Notes under the pieces: model-generated
Seen by the model: the letters and a program-made list of their open reading frames with translations, nothing else
Told to the model about the DNA's origin: nothing
Database searches by the model: none
Made by a program: the position numbers and the translations under genes
Shown here: positions 11,160 through 23,117 of the stretch, piece by piece
Position numbering within the stretch: the first letter of the stretch is position 1
Layout of the letters: the number at the start of each line of letters is the position of its first letter
NCBI RefSeq assembly: GCF_001194135.2
Contig: NC_068992.1
Span: forward strand, 47,471,349 to 47,505,107
Length of the DNA: 33,759 nt
Source: Octopus bimaculoides
Lineage: Eukaryota
Direction of reading: 5' to 3'

Positions 11160-12010
11160 TCATTACAATAACACAACTCATGTAATATATATTCTACACC
11201 ATCACCTCATAATCTCATCCATATTGTCACGCACTAACCACTACATACAGACCACAATGAACGTGGCTCTCACTAGCTTTTCCGTTTTGTTATGTTTTCC
11301 TAAAAACAGCTAACTTGCAAGCGTTAAAGGTTAATGTTAATGGTGTTGAACTAGCCAGTCTTCCTGGGAAGGTAGTGAACACACCACTTACTTCAGAAGA
11401 AATCAATAAACAAGAAAAATGAGAACGCTCTTACATAATTCAGGCAACATATGTGAACGTTCACCTAAAGCAGAAAAATACGACTTGCATATTCTACACA
11501 AACATTACAACTCACACATCACCGTGTATAGTGTACTTTATATTACAACAGTCACGTCACATGTTCTATACATTGCACCACCAATATAACACAAATCATA
11601 TAGTACATAACATGTGTTATCCAATGTTGTTTAACTCAGCTATCACTACAAATATCTTACACAATCACCTTTTGAGTTCCTGTAACACCACTCACAGGCC
11701 ATGTATGCTCTACACAATCCCTTTGCAATGATATAGCAAAACTCACACAACACACAATTTGTATAATCACTTCACTGAGTATATTACACAATGCACATAC
11801 GATGTATTGTGATCATGGCTTGATAAAACAATAACGCAATGCACACGTAACACATTCTACTCAATAACTTACCAATATTATTGAATAATTTGTAAATTAT
11901 ATATTCTAAAGAATTTCCTCGGAATACTTACATTTCCGATGGTACACATTATACACCATCACATCACAGTCTGATAACACAAAACACAAAGCACATTCTT
12001 CCACACATTC
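11160..12010. repeat. Degenerate C/A-rich dispersed minisatellite (motif approx. catattctacacaatcac)
   Basis: Motif variants at 11189, 11488, 11560, 11651, 11705, 11780, 11851 and 11945. Confidence 0.55.
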
Positions 12011-12385
12011 ACCTCCAAGTTCTAATTGAATAAAATAGATACATGTATATTTTGGTTATGTTTTGAGTTCATTTCCCTAGAAATGTTTGGCTTTTTGCCA
12101 ACGAACCGGTGTAATATATTTTTCTAAGTTATCAAAGAAACGCCTGTTCAGATTGTCACAAAATGGTGGGATTTATGCTGCCGATTACCTGTTCATTGTA
12201 TCCAGGAAAGTAGTCTTTATTGAAGAAAGAACCGTTTGTCTGATTTGGATGTTTGCAACACAATGAACCTCGCTAAATTCACCGAAGGACCAGTTGATAG
12301 TGCCGAACTGGTTAGTATAATATTTTAACGTGATTCATAGTGTTTACATTATATGAAACTTTCGTTTTATCTTTTTTTTTTCCAG

Positions 12386-12673
12386 TTGCACCAGAGGTAC
12401 AGTTACGGAATAAACGAATTGGTCAAGTTAGTGGGCGAGAAACTATTTTAGATTGTCGAATTACTGCTTCACCGCAGGGTGTGACAGTATGGATGCGAAA
12501 CGGAAAAGAACTTGTTAACAATGAAAAATACAGCATTGAAGTATTTAATGAAGGAGGACATACTATAACTCTAAGTCTACGAATAACTCAAATTAAGGCC
12601 AGTGATTTTGGAGAATATACTTGTCTAGCATCGAATCACCTCGGAAGAGACAGAGAGACGATGGTACTTTACG
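12386..12673 (+). CDS. Internal exon of the lachesin-like gene (complete Ig domain, third-Ig type)
   Basis: Acceptor ctttttttttttccag|, donor |gtatgt, 288 nt, phase 1/1. Encodes (F)APEVQLRNKRIGQVSGRETILDCRITASPQGVTVWMRNGKELVNNEKYSIEVFNEGGHTITLSLRITQIKASDFGEYTCLASNHLGRDRETMVLY, with Ig Cys, Trp and DxGxYxC. The layout parallels lachesin EFAPxI..RLGQ..LxC. Confidence 0.95.
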
Positions 12674-12726
12674 GTATGTCGGAGCATTTTGCTTATTGTT
12701 ATCGTTAATATTACTGTGGTTGCTAA

Positions 12727-12942
12727 GGCAGCAAACTTTCAGAATCGTAAGGACGCCGGATAAAATGCTTAGCGGCATTTCGTCCGACTTAACATTAACG
12801 GTTCGAATTCCGTCGAGGTCCACTTTGCCTTTCATCCTTTCGGGATCGATAAAATAAGTACCAGTGAAAATCTGGGGTCGATATAGTCGACTTACCCCTC
12901 CCCTAAATTTGCTGGCCTTGTGCCAAAATGTGAAACCATTAT
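12727..12942 (+). mobile_element. SINE family B copy
   Basis: cagaatcgtaaggacgccggataaaatgcttagcggcatttcgtc...ggttcgaattcc...tttgcctttcatcctttcgggatcgataaaataagtaccag...ctggggtcgat matches 23922-24150. Confidence 0.85.
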
Positions 12943-13269
12943 TAATGCAGTTGCTATTTTCGTCGTTATTATTGTTTTTATTCAGATATTATGTTTTCAT
13001 CATTTTCATAGCATCAAATTTGTTTAAACTGTTTATAATATATAATAACTGCCATTTGTCAACAATAGTCTAGTTGTATTTAAAGAGACAAGAGATGTAA
13101 CTGGAAAGACCAGCTACTGTAAAGTTCACATTAATAATAGACGTCGAGTGTATATAGAATATATTTACTCGTTAATCGAAGAACCGAGAAGTGGGTAATT
13201 TTAGATATAAAGCCTAAAAGCCAGAAAGAGAAGAGAGCGATATTATAAGAAGAAAGTAAGTTAAATTTT

Positions 13270-13525
13270 CAGTTTATTTTTTCAATGATAACTTATAGCT
13301 GGTTGAAGTTACATTTTCCACTCTACCTGAATTCTAAACTGATTGGTACATGATCGAAGATATTTCAACCGTGATCACCTGTCTCCTTCACTGATGTACT
13401 ATATCAAGGATTACATTTTCCAAAGCCCTTCTTTTTCTAAGAAGGATTGGTGGGGATGATTTATGATATATATATAACTGCTATTTCTAGCAGGTTAAGG
13501 AACGCATAGAGCCTCCTTCAGAGCC
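13270..13525 (+). repeat. Interspersed repeat family D (degenerate)
   Basis: Shares actgctatttctagcag and a ...ttc(a/c)a(c)cgtga(t/g)cat(c)c... segment with 17270-17420. Confidence 0.45.
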
Positions 13526-14680
13526 ATGACAATACAGTTATAGTGAAGAGAGTTCAAGGGTGAGGAATTTTTGGCTATAAATACAGAATATTCAATAACT
13601 TGATTTGTTTTCTCCAAATTTTAATACGTTTTATATTTACCTGTTTTCTTTTCTTTTTTTTAAGACCTTCCAATTATACTTTTTTTTCTGCTTCATGTAG
13701 TTACTCATTTATTTATATCTACATGGAGTAGAAACAACATGTGTGTTTAGCATCATCAGTTATGTTTATTTTCAGTAAACATTTCAATGCTTCATTTACA
13801 TCATACGTACGTCTTGTGTCTTCCATCTTATTGCATATTTAAATAACGTTAACATGTATTTATATTATTCAGCCACATGTTTATTTAATAGCTATACAAG
13901 CATCTATTCCATGTGTTCGTGACCTGTGTTTTATGCAAATAGTTCTTTAGCTAACGTCAACGTGTTCCTTTTTGTTTTACGATGCTTCCTGTTTCATTTA
14001 AAACTAATGTTTTGTACGTTTCTTTCATTTGTTTTCCATTGTGCATATGTAATTTTATTTACCCAATGTCTTGTTACAGTCTCTCATTTATATATTAATT
14101 TTAGTCTGTTCTGTTTCCTGTGTAGCTTTTTATTTATTTCATGCTTCTAAGCGTCTCTTATTTAACTACACGTTTTTGTTATCATGTAGCCATGAGTTTA
14201 TTCCATGTATCCATGTTCTGGTAGTTCAACCAACTGTTTTGTATAAAATATAACTTCATGTATACCGCCATCCATCTCCGTGTTTCAAATTTGAGCCATG
14301 TATCCTAATGTGTATTTTTGTTGTTTTCATTTTCTTTTTTCATATTCTTTCACTCGTAAATCACTATATTCATTTCCAGCCCTTTTCATTGGTACATTCA
14401 TCCTGTGGCGAAACTGGTAGGTTGTGGGGATGAATTCGGCTGCGTGCTTTTCCCTAAAACTAACCAGAGTCATTTCTCTGCCTCCGAAAGTCATCATCGT
14501 TGAAAGCTTGTTTAAACGTAACACATTGTTGGTTTGACTGCACTTTCTATCATCGGGTCACCAATATAGAGAAAAATTTACTGATGTTGAAGTATTGGTA
14601 TAATGTTAGGCTGCACCTTGACCCATAATAAAACCAACTCCAACGTTGTTTAAATAACCTTTATTTTTACGGAAGTATAA

Positions 14681-15140
14681 GGTGGTGAGATGGCAGAATC
14701 GTTAGCAAACCGGGAACTATTCATATAATATCTGAAATCAGACACATCGTGAGAACAGAAAAGGTAGGAAGTGTGTTGGTGGGGGAGAAGACATAAAAGC
14801 AGGAAGTGTACAAAAGGAAGTTTAGAGGGAGTGTATTGTGAAGGTCAGTGTTTCAATTCAGTTCTTGAAGATAACACTTGGAGGTGGATAGGTATGAATG
14901 GGTATGACCCAATGCTAAGCTGGTAACAACTAATAGACAAATTAAAATAATAGACAAATAAGCGGCTTATCGTCTGTCTTCGCGTTCTCAATTCAAATTC
15001 CGCTGAGGCTGACTTTGCCTTTCATTCCTTTAGAGTCGATAAAATAAGTACCAGATGAGCACTGGGGTCGATCTAATCAACTTAGCTCATCCCCCGCCCC
15101 CGAAATTACTGGCTTTGTGGCAAAATTTGAAATTAATATT
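14681..15140 (+). mobile_element. SINE family B copy split by an about 245-bp purine-rich insert (14716-14958)
   Basis: Head ggtggtgagatggcagaatcgttagcaaaccggg ends at 14715. The body resumes near 14959 with agcggc...caattcaaattccgctgaggctgactttgcctttcat...gtcgataaaataagtaccag. Confidence 0.75.
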
Positions 15141-15849
15141 TACGTAGTTACATAATGGCTACCCAGTAGTGCTTTTTGTTGTATTCAAAGCATATGCAGT
15201 TCCTCGTTGCATTGATAACAGAAAGAGTTGACTTCGGGTGAAAGGCGAGAATAATACTCTACAAAACACAGTTGGAGATTCTTTTAACCCGGGGCGGAGC
15301 TGTATCCAAGGAAACTTATCTGTTTAAAGGGATTGTTACAGCCGAAGTGCGCTTTTGATTTGTTTATGACTAAGAATTCACTGGCTTCTTGCGTGATGAG
15401 AAGCAAAGATATTGTGTTCATGGTACGTACTTGGAGAAATGCATTGCAGATGAATTAACCTCAGCCGCGTGCAAGTGCAAGCTGCACGCGTCGAGTCCTT
15501 AACCACTTCTGCGTTAGCTCTGGCGCAATTTCCCTTGTATAACCCCTATATCGTAGATAAATGGTAGAACATTCTATAATATGAGAGAAGCGATGGTAAT
15601 CCTGCAAGCTAATTGGTTAGCATTCAGTGAATGTCGCCTGATCCTAGTTAATCAAACTGTAAGGTTTCGATTCAAGATTTCGCTACAATCCCATCAAATA
15701 TTTATTTGTTGCGATTTTATACTTCTTTAAGTGTCATCAATTTCTCTCCCTTAAATTGCGGATTATTTCATGTAACAATTTAACCGCTTTGTTTCGTTGT
15801 CTTACAACCCAAATGTTCTGTTTTTTTTTTTTAATTGATTTGTTCTGTT

Positions 15850-15855
<6 letters not shown>

Positions 15856-15903
<48 letters not shown>
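15856..15903. repeat. (GT)n microsatellite
   Basis: Directly visible. Confidence 0.95.
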
Positions 15904-15906
<3 letters not shown>

Positions 15907-16439
15907 TTCATTTGTTTTATTTTCTTGTAGTTCCCATGGCATTGGCGTTTAACTTTCATGCGCAAGCATGTGATATTCTCGTATTATCATGTTTTGTTTT
16001 AATCATTTCTTTGTTATTTTATGCGGTGTATATTTTCATACACTTTGTATCTTTGTTCTATCTGCTCACATGTTCACATTATGTATGCTTAAACGCACTT
16101 TGTTTTGTTTTGTTGCTACATTTTATTTTTCCAGTCAGTTACTAGACAGACAGATAGACAGACAGATAGATGGATTCGAGAACTTTTTATTAATCACTAC
16201 AGTTGTTTCTACCCATCTAATATCAGTTCTTCACAATTAATTTAAATGTATCTGTCGGTGTAGATGCGTCTCTTTAAGATCTGTCTCATTAAAATAAAGA
16301 TTGTTCTGCAAGAGATCTTCTCGGTTTGTGTGTAGAAAATCTGCAAATAAAGGGATACAGCTTCATTTTTATAGAACAATAAATAAATAACAGATGCAAA
16401 AAGAAACGAAGACACAATATATACAGAGAGGGATGTGAA

Positions 16440-16497
16440 TGTATACATACATACATACGTATATACATATACATCTACCTATATATATATATATCTA

Positions 16498-16548
<51 letters not shown>
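16440..16548. repeat. Compound (TACA)/(TA)n microsatellite
   Basis: Directly visible; interrupted twice by ctacct. Confidence 0.9.
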
Positions 16549-16551
<3 letters not shown>

Positions 16552-16906
16552 GGTGAGTTAAGATTAAAAAGTGTAGTACTAAATACTGCATGCAATAACT
16601 TTTTAGCTTTTTGAAACTTGCTTCCATGTAAGAGAATGCAGGCAGAAACCAACCTGTAACAGAGACTCTCTCAGAAAAAGGAGATAATTTAAAAAATTTA
16701 TTTTTTAAGTTAGTGTAAATTCTATGCATTGAACTGTTCAATACTTCACAGTGCCTAGTAGCTTATTTTTATTCCCGGAATGGGGGATCCTCGGACAGTA
16801 TTGAGTTCTAACTTTGCTTTAACTAGAACTCAAAAGTTTAGGGGACAACTGATCTCCATACTTAAAGACTAATGTTATCTCTGTTGTGGTGGTTTCTATT
16901 GCTGTT

Positions 16907-17224
16907 GCACGTGCCTTACTGGCTAGGGTTTTCGGCTCGCAATCGTAAGGTCATGAGTTCGATTCCCGGCGGCGCGTTATGACCTTGAGCAAGACACTTT
17001 ATTTCACATCGCTGCAGTCCACTCAGCTGGTAAAAATTATATGTACCTTTATTTCAAAGGGCCAGCCTCGTCACATTCTGTGTCACGCTAAATCTTCCTG
17101 AGAACTTCCTTAAGGGTACGCATGTCTGTAAAGTGCTCAGCTACTGGCACATTAATTTCACGAACGGGCTGTTCCGATGATTGGATCAACTGGAACGTTC
17201 GTCGTCGTAACCGACGGAGTGCCA
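16907..17224 (+). mobile_element. Near full-length tRNA-derived SINE family C
   Basis: gtgccttactggctagggtt (A-box-like), gagttcgattccc (B-box), ccttgagcaagacactt (CORE-like), 3' end gtcgtcgtaaccgacggagtgcca. Partial copies at 1310, 9052 and 28407. Confidence 0.8.
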
Positions 17225-17689
17225 GTTTGATATCTAATTCCAGATCAGGCCTAGGCGAACAAACCAATGCTAAAAATCAAAACGCGTTCCACCTGTGAGC
17301 ATCCTATGTTTCTGTTGGATAGTTCATATCAAGAACTATATTACTCACTGTATCCTTCCTTTTTATTAACATGATAAGGTGTAATTCGATGATGGCTTGA
17401 CTGCTATTTCTAGCAGATGTGTTTTCCGTATACTGGATTTTTAATTTCTAAATCACGTGACAAGACTTGAGTGTCATGCAACCCACCTATTTTGAGTAAA
17501 CCATGCGGCCTTATTTTTTTCAAGCTTATGGGAATTGCTGAGTTTTCAAGTCATCAAATAGATACTTCTAATCGTAGCACATAACCCCACTGAATCTATA
17601 TATGCCATCTCACCCATGACTGATGTAGACTAGACAGGTTTATGTCATCACAGTTATCGTCTGCTACATTCATTGCACTGCATGGCTTA

Positions 17690-18025
17690 TTCGTTTGACT
17701 ATTGTCTCAGTAACTCAATCACTCCATCCAACCATCTACTTACCCCTCGACTCTTAATCCATCCGTCCATCAACCGAAGAACTCATTCATATTTCCATCC
17801 ACCTATCTACCTTTCTTTACAACCCCCACTTCTTTTACAAACATCCACTCTTTACAATTGTGCACCCTTTATCATATTCCACCGATCAATCCAGCCATCC
17901 AGCCATCTATCCATCCTATTCTTTCACCTGTCCAATCAACCACCAATTGTCCCATCCATCTATCCACCGATCCCTCTGAATTCTTTCCATCCGAAAAATC
18001 CCTCCGTCCATCATCCATGCATCGA
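17690..18025. repeat. Degenerate (CATC)n low-complexity tract
   Basis: Recurrent ccatcc/catccatc units. It explains the H/P/S/I-rich spurious ORFs. Confidence 0.75.
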
Positions 18026-18599
18026 CAATTACATTTACTAATCCTTCTTAAAAGTCCACCGTTGTGACCTCCATAAGCCCCTGGCGAGCTGTCCACGTAG
18101 TCTAACATACAACTACCAGGCCACAATTTTTAAAAAATGACACTAGAAAATTACATAAGGCTACCATCTGCATAGGGAACAAATAGTTAAGTACATGCTA
18201 AAATACACAATGCTTAATCTTTTTTTTTTTTTTTTTGACTTTGTAAAGAATCCTCAATAACGCCAGTTACGTTTATTCTCGTTCTGAATGTAATTTCAAC
18301 CGATTAAGCATTTTTCGCTTCACTTCATCCAGTAAGTTAGCATACTGAATAACCTGCTCTTAACTCCTAGTTACACCCTACTCTGGTTATTAACCCGCCT
18401 TCAATTGCCAAGAAAACTTCACACCACTTTCGCCCACCACCACAACACACTTCTTTCATCCAGCACCATCACATCACTATCCCCACCACCACCACCACAT
18501 CCCTTTAACCTACCATTATATCATCCTCTCACAGACGTTCATTGAAGAATTACTAAGAAAATTTCCCGTTTGTTTTTCTTTTTCTTTTTTTCTTCTACC

Positions 18600-19050
18600 A
18601 TTATGGAAAAATATTTCAGAAAAAAGACGGACAACTCCGGCACCAACTGAGAATCGAACACACAAAAAGCGTCCTTTTATCAATTACACAAATACTGAAC
18701 ACCTGAGTGGCGGGCAAGAAGACATAAACTTGGATAAAAATATTATGGTGACCGTCAAAAATTTTTCTAACCAGTCATTTAAAAACGACCCTAGCCATCC
18801 ATTAGCGCCATGGTCAGGTAACTATTGTCTCCTTAAATCTTATTTCAGGCAAAGTCTTTAGACATTCATTAAGGATTTAAAAAACAAAACAAAACAATGG
18901 TAAATATTGAGTTGTGAAATGCTGTTTATCTTTCCTCCGTCTGCTTTAATTCGTTTTCTGTAACCAGTTCTGACGAGGTAAGTTTGAGACCGTGCGGTCA
19001 CCAGGCCAAAAATATAATACAACGAAATATGGATCTATGTTTATTAATGT
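18600..19050 (+). mobile_element. Possible Penelope-like element 3' fragment (decayed GIY-YIG C-terminus and terminal region)
   Basis: One frame reads TENRTHKKRPFINYTNTEHLS...PWSGNYCLLKSYF, loosely like the PLE endonuclease tail (TENxFKxRxxNHxxSF...STxLS...PY...CxLCxxEK). It is followed by ctgacgag at 18970. Confidence 0.3.
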
Positions 19051-19533
19051 TTGTTTCCAAAATACTGGTGGTGAAGTGACGCATTCTTTGACTGGCAATC
19101 ATTATTCTTTTCATGAAATGCAAAAAGTAAAGAAGGCGATCAGGAAAATGTTGATCGAAGACAATCTGTGTTTTTATAATTCTGTTATTGTGATTATTAT
19201 ATCTTCGGGGAGTACTAATTAACATTTATTTAGCATGCTGTTGTTGTTTAACCCCAGGTCAGATCTAATTATGCGGACCAATAATGAAAGTTGTTCCATT
19301 TGTAATCATCCCATTTTTCAGTCATACTCTATCTGGGACAACCTTATCCAATGTGCCCCTCTATTATCAAACAGTAAGATATCATTTCTAATAGATTGTC
19401 TAATCACAAAATACCTTCTCATCGGTTTAGAATAATTTCCCCCTTGTAACGACATATATATTTTGGATTAAACATCCATTACAACTCTAGTCAAAGGAAT
19501 GCAAAAATACTTTGCATTGATGCTAAGACTGCT

Positions 19534-19536
<3 letters not shown>

Positions 19537-19612
<76 letters not shown>
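19537..19612. repeat. (TAG)n microsatellite
   Basis: Directly visible; source of the poly-Thr ORF 19491-19766. Confidence 0.95.
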
Positions 19613-20637
19613 AGTTGGTGCACGCGCTGTAACAGAGTGCGTCACTGCATCCACTATTTGTTAGTGATTCTTTACTACGACAAGCGGATGACGCCTTTGC
19701 ACCATTCAGGCGACAACCCCCACTTATGGGTTTGTTTGGATAGTTGTTGGTGATGTGAGTTTTCATGGTCGGACTCCGAATCAGACCTCAATCTCATTTA
19801 GTTTTTTTTTTTTTTACGACGCGCAGAGGAAACGGAGGGTCTATTCTTTGACATGCCTCCCCACACAGCAAAATTATCAAGAGTTTTCTATGTTCTTATA
19901 TTTCTCCATGCTTTTCTCCATTCATGTCTCCACGCTTTTATATGTTTCGTCTGCTTTCCGAATTAAACATAGAATCTCAAGCAGTTACCTTTACAAACAG
20001 ACATAACAGATTATCTTAAACGATGTATAGCATCCTCTGTTATTAAGTAAACTGCTGTCTACACAACTTTTCCTTATTTCAAATACTCAACAAACTCTGA
20101 GCATTAACAGACAGCACTTCTAACTTACAAATGTTTCCTTTAACTTCTCTAAACACTTCTTTATTTCAAGATCTTCATCCCTATTCACGAGTTATCAGTA
20201 TGTAATTTTACCATACTTCCTTTATACTGGTGGCGCTAGTAGAAAACAAAACCATTAAGATCTTTAGAATATGTATCCAAGGTGTCCACAAACTGCTTAC
20301 CTCTAGTGGTGAGATAATAAAAGTTTTAAGATTTGTTATTAACGGGGATTTCCGGTGATTAATATCATCCTGCAGTTAATAGATTTCCTGTCCTTTCAAT
20401 TCCGAAGTGCCTATTTTGATACCAATACCGTTTCTCGGTTAATTCTATCTTCTGTAATAAGTAGTTCGGCAGTGAATACATACTATTAATTGTAAATGTC
20501 CTTCATGTCAATAATCCCTTACAATCAAACTTGGGAAACAGACGTAGAACACCTTAATCCAGATGTAGAACGTCTGGAACTTATCACCTACACTGATCTG
20601 ACTGTTACAACAATTTGTATTTATTATATCCTTCATA

Positions 20638-20980
20638 TACTCTTTTACTTGTTTCAGTAATTTGACTGTGGCAAATCGACCCCAAGACTTATTCCTTGTA
20701 AGCCTAGTACTTATTCTATCGGGCTCTTTTGCCGAACCGCTAAGTTACGGGGACGTAAACACACCAGCATCGGTTGTTAAGTGATGGTGGGGTGACAAAC
20801 ACAGACACACACACATATAAATATATATATATATATACGACGGGCTTATATCAGTTTCCGTCTACCAAATCCACTCACAAGGCTTTGGTCGGCCCGAGGC
20901 TATAGCAGAAGGCACTTGCCCAAGGTGCCACGCAGTGGGACTGAACCCAGAACCATGTGGTTAGTAAGCAAGCTACTTAC
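20638..20980 (-). mobile_element. SINE family A copy (slightly 5'-truncated, internal deletion)
   Basis: Colinear with 2703-3110. It lacks the catgctgg...ttagtcgag segment and the A-box end. Confidence 0.9.
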
Positions 20981-21715
20981 ATACAAACAGGAAAAAAGTT
21001 ATATCCTACTCAGTTTTTTTTTATATCCGGTCTTCAATGTATTTAAAAAGCTAACATCAACGATCAAGTCTTGACAATTGTTCTCTTTCTCGCAAAACCG
21101 AAACATTATAGAGACAGTAAAACAAAGAAAATGCAATTGGTGTACCGTAACCTTTATAATTTCGTTTTTAACTTTCAAGTTCCTAATGACTTCTAGCATC
21201 ATGCAACTCTTATCTTTACTTTAATATTATTAAAAATTATTCAACAGACACCAAAAAGTAAACAACTAAATGTTCTTCTTGCTTTCACTTTTTATTGCAT
21301 TTTTCTTCACCTACCATATCAGGTGCATTAACTAAAGTCATTCGGTTTTCAGGTAATGAAATTTAACAGGCATTTTTTCATCAAATATTAGGTGACAAAA
21401 AGTACTTAACAAAATAAACATATTCATTTATTTCGTCTAACAGAAATATGAATTGAAGAATTAATTTTCGATATTGAATTCATTTATTTTTCAGTTCATT
21501 TTGTATATGAGTATCTAAATGTCTAACATCACTTGTTGTTGCTCTTGTCGTTGTTAATCAGTTTCTTATTTTCTAGGTTATTAATCTCATGCTTACAGTT
21601 TATATTTACAATATTTATACCAAGGAAATTCTTCAGTAAGTTATATTTCTGATCATCGTCAGATGTCTTATTCCTTGATGTCTGCCTAGTTCCAGAATGG
21701 ATTCCAACAAGCAAC

Positions 21716-21818
21716 CTTTCTTCTTTTTCTTCTTCTTCTTTTTCTTCTTCTTCTTATTATTATTATTATTATTTTCTTCTACTTCTTCTCAGTATTATTA
21801 TTATTATTATTATTATTT
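21716..21818. repeat. Compound (TTC)n/(TTA)n microsatellite
   Basis: Directly visible. Confidence 0.85.
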
Positions 21819-22350
21819 TATGTTTGACTTTTGCTTTGTATTTGTACAAGTTGGCTCCAAGTCTTACCCGGAGACCTCAAGAAATAACAACTTAGAAGTT
21901 CATGTTGGTGTTATGCCTCTGGTGTCATATATTTGGTTTTGCACATAGTATTGTACTAGAGAATATTTAAGAAAACATAAGAAAATTATTAGTTTGTTTT
22001 AAAACATTTTTTACCCATGAACCTCATTGATTCCTATTTTGCTCTACTGGACTTCCATAACCATTCGATGTATATTTAAAACAATCATGTTATATTTTTA
22101 TAATTAAATATTTTTAGGAATTGTATAAAATGATATTTTGTGTGTTGTACAAGAATAACCATTTTATTGCCGATAAGTCTTAACAACTAAATATTATACG
22201 AACCCCACAGGGGCCATATGAATCCCGGTTTAGGGCCACTGGTTTATTATAATGGTGATATTCAGAGAATGAAATCATTTTACAAAATAATGCTGTTATA
22301 GACTAAGCCAAAGAAAGTCCTTAGCCAGAAATGCATTCCCCTTTAACCAC

Positions 22351-22475
22351 AAATCTATACCTTCCATCCATAAAGCCATAATCTACGTTTGCAAAGCAAT
22401 AGCCTTATTAATAAAGCCTTAATCTTTATTTTCAAAGCCACAGTACTTATTCACAAAGCGCTAGTGCCTGAAAGA
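22351..22475. repeat. Degenerate 21-bp tandem repeat (about 6 units beginning aaagcc)
   Basis: Unit starts at 22351, 22372, 22393, 22413, 22434 and 22455 (spacing 21, 21, 20, 21, 21). Confidence 0.65.
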
Positions 22476-22889
22476 TTCCTAGTTTCAGTCCAAACTAAGA
22501 CAATGTTTATATCAAGAAGCAGAACACTTGATGACAATTAGAGATGGAAGCACAATGTCGATGCAAATATTCAATTTATGTTATTGAGTGGCTTCAGTTA
22601 CTATCTTGATCTTTCAGTCACCCATCTTCGTTATGTCTGCTGGATGTATTAAGTAGTACACCATTACTACTGGCAGTTATCTCAATTGCATTCTTAAATC
22701 TGTCTGAAATCGAGAAAACAGTTTTAGAATTTTTTTTTCTAAGGTTAAGTGACAAGTGATTTGGTCTGGAGTCGCATGTTCTGGTGAAACATTTTTTTTC
22801 AGATTATGTTGTTTTTTCCTTCTTAGTAATTTTTCATAATACGATCAAAACACTATTACCCAGCAATATTTTATTAGTTGCGTATGTAC

Positions 22890-22972
22890 NNNNNNNNNNN
22901 NNNNNNNNNNNNNNNNNNNNNNNNNNNNNNNNNNNNNNNNNNNNNNNNNNNNNNNNNNNNNNNNNNNNNNNN
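22890..22972. other. Assembly gap (N) at a (TA)n tract
   Basis: Run of N flanked by TA repeats. Confidence 1.
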
Positions 22973-23025
<53 letters not shown>

Positions 23026-23117
23026 CCCACACACACGTCTTTATATATATGCATTTGAAGATAAACACTTAGTGAAGGTGTATGATGCAGTGGTTGGAGC
23101 ATCGGCCTCACAATGGT

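Noticed and set aside
15466-15490. 8-bp GC hairpin cgcgtgca/tgcacgcg as a Helitron 3' end
   Set aside because: No CTRR terminus at the expected distance on either strand.
15912-16240. Hydrophobic ORFs after a ttttcttgtag acceptor as a transmembrane exon
   Set aside because: The hydrophobicity is a by-product of T-rich low-complexity sequence, also seen at 13926-14253; no Ig-family tail resemblance.
20000-20620. Minus-strand LEVLSVNAQSLLSI resembling the start of a CR1/L2 AP endonuclease
   Set aside because: A single short motif in a stop-riddled region; not enough to assign.
21851-21948. Phase-1 frame VGSKSYPETSRNNNLEVHVGVMPLVSYIWFCT* as an exon
   Set aside because: AAG acceptor, only a weak internal donor, and a poor hydrophobic tail compared with 31244.
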